Assembly: GCA_016432365.1 (NCBI GenBank)
Contig: CP066686.1
Span: forward strand, 627,992 to 691,991
DNA from: Candidatus Woesebacteria bacterium
GTDB lineage: Bacteria > Patescibacteriota > Microgenomatia > UBA8517
Direction of reading: 5' to 3'
Length of the DNA stretch: 64,000 bases
Position 1 is the first letter of the stretch, and the number at the start of each line of letters is the position of its first letter. A program made the position numbers and the translations under genes. Under the pieces are notes generated by a model that was not told the origin of the DNA, searched no databases, and saw nothing but the letters and a program-made list of their open reading frames with translations. Below are positions 47,583 to 57,675 of the stretch, piece by piece.

Positions 47583-50567
47583 ATGGATCAATATATAAAA
47601 ATACGTGGTGCGCGTCAGCACAATCTCAAGAACATCGATCTCGATATTCCCAAAAATAAACTAGCTGTTTTAACGGGAGTCTCGGGCAGCGGTAAAAGCA
47701 GTTTGGCTTTTGATACCCTTTACGCCGAAGGCCAAAGGCGCTATGTGGAGTCACTTTCTTCCTATGCCAGGCAGTTCCTGGGAATCATGGAAAAACCGGA
47801 TGTGGACTCAATCGAGGGTTTGTCTCCCGCAATTTCCATTGATCAAAAAACAACATCCCATAACCCCAGAAGTACAGTAGGAACTGTGACTGAAGTTTAC
47901 GATTATTTAAGGCTTTTGTTTGCCAGAATTGGCCACCCCCATTGTCCGACTTGCGGACGCGAAATTTCCCATCAAACCTTGGATCAAATAGTTGATCAGG
48001 GTATGAACCTGATTGAAGAAACAATAAAAGTCGACAAAAAAGCCTGGTTTTTAGTTTTGTCCCCGATGGTTCAGGAGAGGAAGGGAGAATTTTCACAGCT
48101 TTTTGATAACTTGAAATCCAAAGGGTACCGGCAGGTCCGAATAGATGGGTTTATACACGATTTATCAGAAGATTTAATCCTTATCAAAACCAATAAACAC
48201 ACTATCGAATGTGTTGTTGATAGAGTAGCAGTTGCCGCCACATCCTTTAAAGACACGGTCTTTAAAGGGGAGTTCAGAGGAAGAATGAGCGATTCGATAC
48301 AACAGGCATTAAATTTGTCGGAAGGCATCGTAATATTTGCGCAGGTGCAAGACAAAGAATTTACAATGCCAACTTCACCCAAAAAATTTACTGATCACCT
48401 GTTTTCCGAAAGATTTGCTTGTCCTGTAGATAATATCAGTCTTCCGGAAATTGAGCCGCGCACCTTTTCTTTCAATTCTCCTCAAGGCGCCTGTGCAACT
48501 TGTACCGGCTTAGGGAAAATTTTGAAAGTTGAACCCGACCTTGTGTTTTCTCCCGAATTAACTATTAACGAAGGCGGAATCTTGCCTTTTGCAAACATGC
48601 TTGAACATGGGAGTTGGTTTGGTAGAACTATTCTTGCGGTTTGCGAGAAACAAGGGATAAATCCTCGTACTTTAACGAAAGACCTTACAGAAAAAGAAAG
48701 AAAGATTTTGTTATATGGAACGGGAAACACAGAATATCAGGTGGAAGGAAATAACAGATTTGGCAAGCCGACATCTATTTGGCAAAGATGGGAAGGAGTT
48801 GTAAATAATCTCGAAAGGAGATACGCAGAAACGGACAGTGACTGGGCCCGCGAGGAAATTAAAAAATACATGAGGGAAAGAGTATGTCCGGGATGTCTTG
48901 GGCTTCGTCTTAAAAAAGAAGCGCTTTCTATAACAATCGATGGGTTGTCCATCGCTGATGTAACCGGTTTTTCTATAGAAAAGACACTGGAATGGGTTAC
49001 TACACTAATAAGCACAAATATTGTGAATGCCAGGGAGTTGGAAATTGGTAAATTGATAATTAAGGAGATCCAAGCAAGGCTCCAATTCTTGCTAAATGTA
49101 GGGCTTGAATATCTGACTCTAAATAGAGTTGCCGGCTCTCTTTCGGGAGGAGAGGCTCAAAGAATAAGGCTTGCGAGCCAAATAGGGTCGGGCTTAACCG
49201 GCGTTTTATATGTACTGGACGAGCCGACAATCGGACTTCACCCCAGAGATGATCAAAAATTAATAGATACACTTAAAAAATTAAGAGATTTGGGCAACAC
49301 AGTGGTGGTTGTTGAACACGATGCTTCAATGATGAAAGAAAGCGATTATATTATTGATTTTGGTCCGGGGGCGGGGAAGCTTGGTGGGGAAGTGGTTGCT
49401 GCAGGAACCTATAATGAAATCTGTAAAGATCCCAAGTCAATTACTGGACTTTACTTGTCAGGAAAAAGGAAGATTGAATTGGGAAATATGAAGACAGATA
49501 ATGAAGTTGGAAATAAGAAATCTGAAATCGGATTTCAAAATTCGGTATTCAATCTTCATAATCAGATTTCCGTCCTCAATCATCCACTTTCTTTGAAAAT
49601 CTACGGTTGTGATCAATTTAACCTTAAAAACTTAGATGTTGAATTTCCTTTAGGCAAACTTGTTTCGATTACGGGCGTTTCGGGATCCGGGAAATCAACA
49701 TTGCTTGTGGAGACGTTATACCCGGCACTTCAAAAAGAATTGAATTATAACTACCGTGGGGAGGCAGCCGGCTACAAGAAAATTGAGGGCCTTGAGAATG
49801 TGGATAAAGTAATTTTGATTGATCAGTCGCCAATCGGAAGAACCCCAAGAAGTAACCCCGCAACCTATACAGGCATGTTTGACCCGATTCGTGATGTTTT
49901 TACCGCAACCCGCGATTCAAAAGTTGCCGGTTTTAAAAAGGGCAGGTTTTCTTTCAATGTAAAAGGCGGAAGGTGTGAAGCTTGTGAAGGTCAGGGGCAG
50001 ATTAAAATTGAAATGCAGTTTATGAGTGATATTTGGGTAACTTGTGAGGTTTGTCATGGAAAACGTTACAACGTCCAAACTTTGGAAATATTATATCGGG
50101 GGAAAAATATTGCAGAAGTATTGGATATGACAATTACAGATGCCTTGGAATTTTTCCACGCGCATCCGCAGATTGAACAAAAACTGGAGACTCTTACTTT
50201 GGTTGGTTTGGGGTATATGCAACTTGGGCAACCTGCGACAACATTATCGGGAGGAGAAGCTCAGAGGGTTAAACTTGCAACTGAGCTATCTAGGCGTTCT
50301 ACAGGACGAACCGTATACATTTTGGATGAACCTACAACAGGGCTTCATTTTGCCGATGTAGAGAAACTTATGAGAGTACTAAAATTACTCGTTCAAAAAG
50401 GTAACTCAGTTTTTGTAATTGAACACAATTTGGATGTTATTAAAAACAGTGATTATATTATTGATTTGGGTCCCGAAGGAGGAGAAGGCGGAGGAAAAAT
50501 TGTGGCAAAAGGAAGTGTAAAAGATATAAAGTCTTCTAAATCTTCGTATACCGCGGAGTATCTTTAA
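47583..50567 (+). CDS. uvrA: Excinuclease ABC subunit A
   Basis: Two ABC ATPase modules (GVSGSGKSSL, GVSGSGKSTL) and zinc fingers. Length 994 aa. Confidence 0.95.
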   Translation: MDQYIKIRGARQHNLKNIDLDIPKNKLAVLTGVSGSGKSSLAFDTLYAEGQRRYVESLSSYARQFLGIMEKPDVDSIEGLSPAISIDQKTTSHNPRSTVGTVTEVYDYLRLLFARIGHPHCPTCGREISHQTLDQIVDQGMNLIEETIKVDKKAWFLVLSPMVQERKGEFSQLFDNLKSKGYRQVRIDGFIHDLSEDLILIKTNKHTIECVVDRVAVAATSFKDTVFKGEFRGRMSDSIQQALNLSEGIVIFAQVQDKEFTMPTSPKKFTDHLFSERFACPVDNISLPEIEPRTFSFNSPQGACATCTGLGKILKVEPDLVFSPELTINEGGILPFANMLEHGSWFGRTILAVCEKQGINPRTLTKDLTEKERKILLYGTGNTEYQVEGNNRFGKPTSIWQRWEGVVNNLERRYAETDSDWAREEIKKYMRERVCPGCLGLRLKKEALSITIDGLSIADVTGFSIEKTLEWVTTLISTNIVNARELEIGKLIIKEIQARLQFLLNVGLEYLTLNRVAGSLSGGEAQRIRLASQIGSGLTGVLYVLDEPTIGLHPRDDQKLIDTLKKLRDLGNTVVVVEHDASMMKESDYIIDFGPGAGKLGGEVVAAGTYNEICKDPKSITGLYLSGKRKIELGNMKTDNEVGNKKSEIGFQNSVFNLHNQISVLNHPLSLKIYGCDQFNLKNLDVEFPLGKLVSITGVSGSGKSTLLVETLYPALQKELNYNYRGEAAGYKKIEGLENVDKVILIDQSPIGRTPRSNPATYTGMFDPIRDVFTATRDSKVAGFKKGRFSFNVKGGRCEACEGQGQIKIEMQFMSDIWVTCEVCHGKRYNVQTLEILYRGKNIAEVLDMTITDALEFFHAHPQIEQKLETLTLVGLGYMQLGQPATTLSGGEAQRVKLATELSRRSTGRTVYILDEPTTGLHFADVEKLMRVLKLLVQKGNSVFVIEHNLDVIKNSDYIIDLGPEGGEGGGKIVAKGSVKDIKSSKSSYTAEYL

Positions 50568-50573
50568 AATTAA

Positions 50574-50640
50574 TTGTTTGCCTGGATGGATACTTTGTCT
50601 CGATGATTTGAGATTTTTGTATCCACCCAGGACTTTGTCG
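50574..50640. repeat. Copy 1 of a ~65-bp element. It contains a 13-bp inverted repeat CCTGGATGGATAC ... GTATCCA(C/T)CCAGG around a 25-nt spacer.
   Basis: About 94 percent identical to the copy at 51356-51425. Confidence 0.8.
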
Positions 50641-50653
50641 CTAGCGTAAAAAA

Positions 50654-51184
50654 CTAACTTACAGTGATTGTGGCAATAACTTCGCCTTCGTCTGCGTCTG
50701 CATCCGACATTGTATACAGCAGATAGACAAAAACAGACTTGGACAAGTCAGTGTCAAATGAAAACAACATCCGACTATCATGGCTTGCCAGAAGCGAGTT
50801 TATTTGCTCGGGTTTGAGGCCGGCGTTAGCGGCATCGATGCAAAGACCAAGAAGGTCCTTATAGAGATTTGGGTGATTTGGTTCGTTAGATGCAGTGATT
50901 TTTTTGATCACCTGTCCAAATTTGGTCGAGGCTTTTTGAATAGCACGAGATTCAACTTTGCTGTTCAAAATGGCAGCTTTCATGAACTTCGGGAATGCGA
51001 CGGCAAAAGCCACAATGGTGCCGATAGACCACCAAAAGATCATGAAACCCCATTTAAATGCGACAGTAGTGTCGGTGTAAAGAATGCCCATCATGGCGAC
51101 CAAAACGAACATGACGAGCCAGGCAACAACGTAACCAAGAAAGGTACGAAACATTGTTCGATCAATAGATTGTTTAGCAAACAT
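50654..51184 (-). CDS. Hypothetical membrane protein (176 aa); GC-richer than the backbone
   Basis: Two or three TM helices at the N-terminus. Confidence 0.55.
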   Translation of the reverse strand: MFAKQSIDRTMFRTFLGYVVAWLVMFVLVAMMGILYTDTTVAFKWGFMIFWWSIGTIVAFAVAFPKFMKAAILNSKVESRAIQKASTKFGQVIKKITASNEPNHPNLYKDLLGLCIDAANAGLKPEQINSLLASHDSRMLFSFDTDLSKSVFVYLLYTMSDADADEGEVIATITVS

Positions 51185-51355
51185 TAGATCCTCCAGATCT
51201 ACATCTGATTTCCGTTACCAGAGCCTAACGCTCCCGGAAATTTGAGTTGTGTGAACGTGCTAGCGACAAGGGGAATTTTAACATTATTATGGGGGGAGTC
51301 AAATTGAAGTAAAAACCTAAATATGGGGAAAAACAGATAACGCGGTTAAGTTCTT

Positions 51356-51425
51356 AAATTGCTTGCCTGGATGGATACTTTGTCTCGATGTTTTGAGATT
51401 TTGGTATCCATCCAGGACTTTGTCG
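51356..51425. repeat. Copy 2 of the ~65-bp hairpin element
   Basis: ttgcctggatggatactttgtctcgatgttttgagattttggtatccatccaggactttgtcg. Confidence 0.8.
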
Positions 51426-51472
51426 TGCAGATTTGAAAAGGAAGCCCCCGTTCAACTTTCATCAAGCAAATA

Positions 51473-51904
51473 TTAGCTTGACTGAGTTTCAGCCGGAACG
51501 GATTTTGTGGTGATTTCAAAACCCAAGGCGGCAATGAGGGCGGCGCAGACGTGAATGGCGATTTGCATCAGGCACACCATGTAGATGAGTGTGCTCCAAA
51601 CGAGCGTTACTTCGTGGGAACTTGACAGAGTTCCGATGAGACATAGAATCAGAGCGATGCTGACGATGACGTCAGTGCCAACAAACACATCGCTTTTGAT
51701 CCGTCCCCAAAGGATGAGCCAACTTGCCAGAGTCAACAGGATCGTCGCAATCACAGCAATCAGGGCCCATGGGGCGTCCGTGACTTGAAAGATTGCCAAT
51801 AGGACAATTCCCCAAAAGATCGGGGCAATGACCCATAGCATCAGTATCGCCGTTGCCATAATAGCGTTTTTGGCTTCGGGTGAAAGATCACTCAGTTTGG
51901 TCAT
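51473..51904 (-). CDS. Hypothetical multi-TM membrane protein (143 aa)
   Basis: Four predicted TM helices. Confidence 0.55.
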   Translation of the reverse strand: MTKLSDLSPEAKNAIMATAILMLWVIAPIFWGIVLLAIFQVTDAPWALIAVIATILLTLASWLILWGRIKSDVFVGTDVIVSIALILCLIGTLSSSHEVTLVWSTLIYMVCLMQIAIHVCAALIAALGFEITTKSVPAETQSS

Positions 51905-52105
51905 TGAAATATACCTCCAGGCTTAATTTGACTGTGAATTCAGTCAGGCCCAATCTGGATACCAAAGAATGATACCCACATTGGGCCTATTTAAGCCAAG
52001 AGTTTTGCACGACTTTTTAAAGAACATTACATTTTACCATTAACTATAGGTTTTGTCAAGTTCGGCTAGGCATGAGTGTGTATTTCCTCTATACTTAATT
52101 CATAG

Positions 52106-52177
52106 CAAACTCAAAATTAAATGACTGATTTTTGAGTTTGGTATAAAAGTGACATTTGGTTTTAATATGACTATATG
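52106..52177 (+). promoter_or_regulatory. Conserved leader: 11-bp inverted repeat CAAACTCAAAA-N13-TTTTGAGTTTG, then GTATAAA and tgactatATGAAA including the start codon. It is shared with the region at 61672-61774.
   Basis: Same IR arms and the same sequence around the ATG upstream of two unrelated genes. Confidence 0.5.
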
Positions 52178-54088
52178 AAATTCTGGAAATTTATCGTTTT
52201 CTTCATGCTCTGTACTCTGTACTCTGTACTAAGCACTCGCCCAGCTTTAGCCGAGGGTGAATTTACTACTTCTTCCAATGTTAATTACAAAGTCCAAGAG
52301 TCAGGTAGAACTCTTGTTACACATAACATTACTCTGGAAAACAATTTATCTACAATTTATGCAACTACATACACGCTTTCCTTGGAGAATATTGATGCTC
52401 AGGATATAAAAGCAAGCGAAGAGGTAAAAGGGAAAAGCGAAGAACTAAAAGTTGAGACACAAAAAGAAGGAGACAAAACAGATATCAAAATTGTGTTTCC
52501 GGATGCTGCCGTAGGTAAAGGCGTAAAAAGAGATTTTTCAATATCTTACGAAAATGGTAATTTTGCGGTTAGAACAGGTGAAGTTTGGGAAATTTCAATT
52601 CCCAGGCTTTCTAATCCCGACTCATTCGGAAGTTATTCACTAAATCTTCAGGTTCCGGACTCTTTTGGGTTGGAGGCATACATATCACCACGTCCGATGG
52701 AGTTTTCAGATATCGATGGATATAAAAATTATAAATTTAACAAAGAGTCTGTTACGGCGACCGGTGTTACAGCAGGATTTGGGCAATTCCAGGTGTTTTC
52801 CTTTAGTCTTGCATATCATTTGGAAAATCCGCTAAATATTACCTCCGAAACTCAGATTGCTCTCCCGCCTGATACGGCTTTTCAAAAAATTTACATTACC
52901 AAACTAGATCCGATACCTGCGAATGTTGTGGTTGATAATGACGGAAACTGGATCGCAATTTACAAATTAGGTCCGCGGCAAAGAGTGGACGTAAAAGCGG
53001 AAGGGTCGGTGCAAATATTTGCCAGTTTTAGGAAATTTCCAAGGCCCACCGAAGGAGAGCTAACCGACAATTTGAAAGAAGCTGAGTATTGGCAAGTAAA
53101 TGACCCCGAAATACAATCATTAGCCGCAAGTTTAAAAACTCCGCAGGCCATGTATGATTATGTATCAAAAACTTTGAAATATGATTTTGCCAGGGTTCAG
53201 CCTAACGTGCAACGTTCGGGCGCCAAAAAAGCGCTGACCAATCCCACGCAGGCAATTTGTATGGAATTTACTGATCTTTTTATAGCAATAGCCCGTGCTG
53301 CCGGAATCCCTGCCCGTGAGATCAACGGATATGCATATACAGAAAATCCAGAACTTCAACCACTCAGTTTAGTTGCAGATGTATTGCATTCCTGGCCGGA
53401 GTATTATGACAAAGATAAAGGTGTTTGGATTCCGATAGATCCAACTTGGGATTCAACCACGGGCGGTGTTGATTTTTTTACCAAACTTGATCTTAGGCAT
53501 TTTGCATTTGTAATACATGGGGCAAGTGCTACCAAACCCTATCCACCTGGCTCATACAAACTGGGTTCCAATCCTCAAAAAGACGTTTTCGTTTCGTTCG
53601 GAAAGTTGCCTGTGGGCCGAATCAGTAAACCAACCATAACGGCCACATTGAAAAGAAATGTTCCTTTTTTGGATTTAATCTATTTGGTTAGTATCTACAA
53701 CCCCGGTCCAGAAGCTCTTTACTCGGTTAGGCCTGCAGTTTACTTTGACAACAAAGAAAATTTACGTGATTTTATTGAGATTCTAACTCCTTTTAGTAGA
53801 CATCAAATGGAAGTAAAAGTTCCATTTAGCCTTTTAGGCAAGGATACTCCTGAGGTTGTTAAAATAAGTGTTGAAGGGAGTGAGATAGAAGTTCCCACAA
53901 ACAAGAATCAAGTAATAATTAATAGTTTGATTTCAATATTTATTCTTTTCGGAGTACTTATGATTGGTATATTAATTAAGCTTAAGAAAATTACATTTAG
54001 GCGTCTTACTGCTACAATACAAGCCACATATGCAAAGTTTGGTAGAAAAATTGACAAAAATCCCCCTCAAACAGGGACAGCGACGTAA
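52175..54088 (+). CDS. Secreted transglutaminase-like cysteine-protease-domain protein with a C-terminal TM anchor
   Basis: Signal peptide. Catalytic core QAICMEFTDLFIAIARAAGIPAREINGYAY. Confidence 0.75.
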   Translation: MKFWKFIVFFMLCTLYSVLSTRPALAEGEFTTSSNVNYKVQESGRTLVTHNITLENNLSTIYATTYTLSLENIDAQDIKASEEVKGKSEELKVETQKEGDKTDIKIVFPDAAVGKGVKRDFSISYENGNFAVRTGEVWEISIPRLSNPDSFGSYSLNLQVPDSFGLEAYISPRPMEFSDIDGYKNYKFNKESVTATGVTAGFGQFQVFSFSLAYHLENPLNITSETQIALPPDTAFQKIYITKLDPIPANVVVDNDGNWIAIYKLGPRQRVDVKAEGSVQIFASFRKFPRPTEGELTDNLKEAEYWQVNDPEIQSLAASLKTPQAMYDYVSKTLKYDFARVQPNVQRSGAKKALTNPTQAICMEFTDLFIAIARAAGIPAREINGYAYTENPELQPLSLVADVLHSWPEYYDKDKGVWIPIDPTWDSTTGGVDFFTKLDLRHFAFVIHGASATKPYPPGSYKLGSNPQKDVFVSFGKLPVGRISKPTITATLKRNVPFLDLIYLVSIYNPGPEALYSVRPAVYFDNKENLRDFIEILTPFSRHQMEVKVPFSLLGKDTPEVVKISVEGSEIEVPTNKNQVIINSLISIFILFGVLMIGILIKLKKITFRRLTATIQATYAKFGRKIDKNPPQTGTAT

Positions 54089-55370
54089 ACCCTCCGTTGT
54101 TTATTCACTGCCGGAGTCTGCTGGTGTTTACGTCTTTTTTAAAGACGGATTGCCAATTTATGTTGGTAAGGCAATAAATTTAAAAAGAAGAGTCGGGTCT
54201 TATTTTGATTTAGATCTTGAAGTTAAAACCGACAGAATGGTTAAAGAGGCAACAGACCTCTCCTTTATCCAAGTAGCGAGTGAACTGGAAGCCCTTCTTT
54301 TGGAAGCCCGTTTAATCAGAAAATATATGCCGCATTATAATATTGAGGCAAAAGACGATAAACATCCACTCTATATTGTTATCACAAAAGAAAAATACCC
54401 CAGGGTGACGACTGTCCGTAAAATAGATTTAAATAAAAGTTTTTCTTCGTCATTTGGTCCTTTTCCTGCCGGAGGAACCGTCCGTTCTGTTCTTAAGATG
54501 ATTAGAAGGATTTTTCCCTTTTCCGACCACAAACTAGGCAAACGCGGGTGTTTATATTCTCATATTGGGCTTTGTGACCCATGCCCAAGTGAAATATTAA
54601 ATATTAAAAATTTAAAATTAAAAATTCAAGCCGGACAGAAATATAAAAAAAACATTCGAAATATCAAAAAAATTCTTGATGGCAAAGTGAATAATTTACA
54701 AAGAGATTTGGAAAAAACCATGGCAAACCTTTCTAAACAACAAATGTATGAAGAAGCAAAAATTGTTCGGGATCAACTTGAGAGGCTTGGTTATATTACC
54801 CAGCCTCAAATGCCTATCGACTTTTATATGCAAAATCCTAATTTGTATGAAGATGTTCGAAAGAAGGAACTATCAGAACTTTCAAAAATTCTTAATTCTT
54901 CATTCTTAATTCTAAATTCACTTCATAGAATTGAGTGTTTCGATATTGCCCATCTTGCAGGAAGTAGCCCCACAGCTTCTATGGTTACTTTTATTAATGG
55001 AGAGGCCGACAAGACATTTTATCGTCATTTCAAAATTAAAAAAGCCAAAGGGGGAGACGACTACGATTCAATGAGGGAAGTTGCGAAAAGAAGAATGGGC
55101 CATCTTGGAGACTGGGGCAAGCCGGATTTAATCATTGTGGATGGGGGAGCAGGACAGGTGAAAGCTTTCAGTTCAATTCTACTTGATAATAAAGTGGACA
55201 TCCCGGTTGTGGGAATTGCCAAAAATCCGGACAGACTGATCGTTGGAGACGAGAAAATTCGCTTAAGTGGCGCTCCCCTAGCCTTAGTTTCACGGATTCG
55301 AGACGAAGCGCATAGATTTGCAAGGAGATATCACCACAAATTAGTCTCCCGTGAATTAATTCCAAAGTGA
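54030..55370 (+). CDS. uvrC: Excinuclease ABC subunit C, short form lacking the C-terminal HhH
   Basis: GIY-YIG domain GVYVFFKDGLPIYVGKAINLKRRVGSYF, Cys-rich GCLYSHIGLCDPCP, and endonuclease domain IECFDIAHLAGSSPTASMVTFINGEADKTFYRHFKIK. The start overlaps the upstream gene and is uncertain. Confidence 0.8.
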   Translation: MQSLVEKLTKIPLKQGQRRKPSVVYSLPESAGVYVFFKDGLPIYVGKAINLKRRVGSYFDLDLEVKTDRMVKEATDLSFIQVASELEALLLEARLIRKYMPHYNIEAKDDKHPLYIVITKEKYPRVTTVRKIDLNKSFSSSFGPFPAGGTVRSVLKMIRRIFPFSDHKLGKRGCLYSHIGLCDPCPSEILNIKNLKLKIQAGQKYKKNIRNIKKILDGKVNNLQRDLEKTMANLSKQQMYEEAKIVRDQLERLGYITQPQMPIDFYMQNPNLYEDVRKKELSELSKILNSSFLILNSLHRIECFDIAHLAGSSPTASMVTFINGEADKTFYRHFKIKKAKGGDDYDSMREVAKRRMGHLGDWGKPDLIIVDGGAGQVKAFSSILLDNKVDIPVVGIAKNPDRLIVGDEKIRLSGAPLALVSRIRDEAHRFARRYHHKLVSRELIPK

Positions 55371-55451
55371 TTTAGCCAAAAGAAAAGGAACCCCTCAATT
55401 TGGCTGATGCCAAATGTGTTGGGGTTCCTGATGATAAGCTTTACGCCGATA

Positions 55452-57128
55452 TTATCGGTTCCAAATTTCCTTGACGATACGCCAAGCCAGCTTATTAAGC
55501 TCGGAGTCGTTCTGATACGAAATGCTGACAGGTGGAGCTGCCATCAATCCACCGGTGTTGCCACGCTTCTGAATTTCGTTAATGATCTGATTCAGAAGTT
55601 TCCACAGTTCATCAGTGGAGTATTTTGACAGATCTAAACTGTCTGTGTTTTCCACCGGCAGCTGGTTCGGAGCTATTTGGGATAGTTCTCCGGGACCTTG
55701 AAGCCAGGCGTTAACCGCTTGGACAGAATCCAAATCCTGCATTACTACAGAATCTTCGGCGCGGATTGTAACGAACATTCGCGTATGAAGCGGTTTGCTT
55801 CCCAAGGCTGCGTAACCGACAAAATAGAGTTTGCCGTTATGTGCCACAGGCAGCATTTCGAGTACCTCGATTTCACCTGAGAGCGTACCGTTGTTGTTGA
55901 TCAACCACACGATATCGTTCGGATGCCCGCTGGTTGTTTTGATAGTCGCAACGAGGGCGTCCACTCCCGGATATGCCTTACCTTCGGGCACATGCCAGAT
56001 GTATACAGGTCCGTTGATGTCATTGGACCTTTGCCAGGCTAGTGCGGTCATACTCGGTGTATTGAGCGGTGAAACTGGCGTAACCCAATACATCGTATCA
56101 CCGGCGCGCATATGAAACGGAGGCGTGTTTTCGGCGTCGGTGGAAGATTCTTGCACTTCAACCAAGCCTGTTCGATGAAAGATCGCGTCGCTTAGGCCGT
56201 GGGAATATCCATAAGCATTCACCAGCATTTTCTCGAACCACTCAGGGATAATTTGCAGGCCAACGAAACGGGGATCTTCCAGAGCCTCATTGACAGTCAA
56301 CCATTCCTGGCGTCCGCCCGAATGTATGACTACCACGTTGGATATGTAAGGTACTGCGTCAAAACCACGGCGCTTAACTAGGCTGATCACTGCCATGTAA
56401 CGTCCGTCTGCGTCAGAGTCGGGTGTGTATAACACCTTTTCGTAATACGCAAACGGGTCACGTTTCGCGATAAGAACATGCAAGCTGTTGCCTGCAATTC
56501 CATTTTCAGCGAATACCATTTGATTTGGTACGTATTGCGGATTCGGATTTATTCGAGGATCATACCAAAAAAATCCTTGAGTGGGATAGTCCAAACTGTT
56601 CCAAAATCCACTGGGACCGTATTCCGTAATCCACTGGTCGTGAACATACGAAATTTGTCCAATTTTAAAACGGGCATCGGGGTTCTGGGTATTGAAATTG
56701 GCCTGAGCCTCTGCGAATGCGGAGGGGCGAATTTCGGTAATATTCAGCGGCATTTCGGATTCAACATAGTGAGTCTCCGAACGTAGCGCAATCATTACCC
56801 GGGCGTCGTACGTGACCATGTTCCAGACTCCCCAGACGATGCCGATAACGGCGATGAATGTGCAAACCCAGTCGAAGAAATTGAAATCGCCGTTGCCAAA
56901 ATCAGCTGACATTGCCTTGATGGCTGCCATACCGCCAATTGTGAAAACCATTGTTGACGTTATCATGGCAACCGGGTTGACGTTCCACCAATATAGGTAA
57001 GAACGGAACGGATCATAGGCATGAAAAAGGCCTACAAGCATCCACCAAACAACCGTGATAGCGGCAAAGACTAAGTACACCGCATAATCACTCAGATCAA
57101 AATCGCGACGTGAACTATAGTACGACAT
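55452..57128 (-). CDS. Large hypothetical membrane protein (558 aa; N-terminal TM bundle plus a large extracytoplasmic domain). Noticeably GC-richer than the backbone; possibly UPF0182/COG1615-like.
   Basis: ORF track. Hydrophobic N-terminus. Composition judged by eye. Confidence 0.55.
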   Translation of the reverse strand: MSYYSSRRDFDLSDYAVYLVFAAITVVWWMLVGLFHAYDPFRSYLYWWNVNPVAMITSTMVFTIGGMAAIKAMSADFGNGDFNFFDWVCTFIAVIGIVWGVWNMVTYDARVMIALRSETHYVESEMPLNITEIRPSAFAEAQANFNTQNPDARFKIGQISYVHDQWITEYGPSGFWNSLDYPTQGFFWYDPRINPNPQYVPNQMVFAENGIAGNSLHVLIAKRDPFAYYEKVLYTPDSDADGRYMAVISLVKRRGFDAVPYISNVVVIHSGGRQEWLTVNEALEDPRFVGLQIIPEWFEKMLVNAYGYSHGLSDAIFHRTGLVEVQESSTDAENTPPFHMRAGDTMYWVTPVSPLNTPSMTALAWQRSNDINGPVYIWHVPEGKAYPGVDALVATIKTTSGHPNDIVWLINNNGTLSGEIEVLEMLPVAHNGKLYFVGYAALGSKPLHTRMFVTIRAEDSVVMQDLDSVQAVNAWLQGPGELSQIAPNQLPVENTDSLDLSKYSTDELWKLLNQIINEIQKRGNTGGLMAAPPVSISYQNDSELNKLAWRIVKEIWNR

Positions 57129-57234
57129 GTATGCCTCCTTTGGGCATGAATTAAGATTTTAATGTTGCCAGTTGACGTATCCTATATTATACACAGCTTG
57201 TCAAAATAGGTCAAATGCACATATACTAAAATAT

Positions 57235-57636
57235 ATGAGGGCGCTTCTTAAGCATTTTATTATCGATACAGTGGCTCTTTACCTAATTTCTCTGGCCATT
57301 CAGGGTATCGTTTTTGAGAGAGGGATAGAAAGCCTGCTTTTGACCGGCTTCGTGCTTATGCTGGCAACAACCATTATCAAGCCAATCATTAATGTTCTTC
57401 TTTTGCCCATAAATCTCATCACATTTGGATTATTTAAATGGGTTGCATACGCAGTCACGCTTTATCTTGTAACACTGGTTGTTCCCGGATTCAAACTCAT
57501 GGACTTCATCTTTGCCGGTTATTCTTCGTATTGGATAGCTATTCCAGCCATACATTTGACAGGAGCATTGGCATTTTTGGCCTTTTCATTAGTAATTTCT
57601 TTGGTCTCGTCCATTGTTTTCTGGATCTTCAAGTGA
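57235..57636 (+). CDS. Small 4-TM membrane protein, possibly phage-holin-family-4-like
   Basis: Four hydrophobic helices and an LVVPGF motif. Start moved to MRALLKHF. Confidence 0.4.
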   Translation: MRALLKHFIIDTVALYLISLAIQGIVFERGIESLLLTGFVLMLATTIIKPIINVLLLPINLITFGLFKWVAYAVTLYLVTLVVPGFKLMDFIFAGYSSYWIAIPAIHLTGALAFLAFSLVISLVSSIVFWIFK

Positions 57637-57675
57637 TTTTTTGGTGTGGGGGTGAATTTAAGGTATAATCCATAT

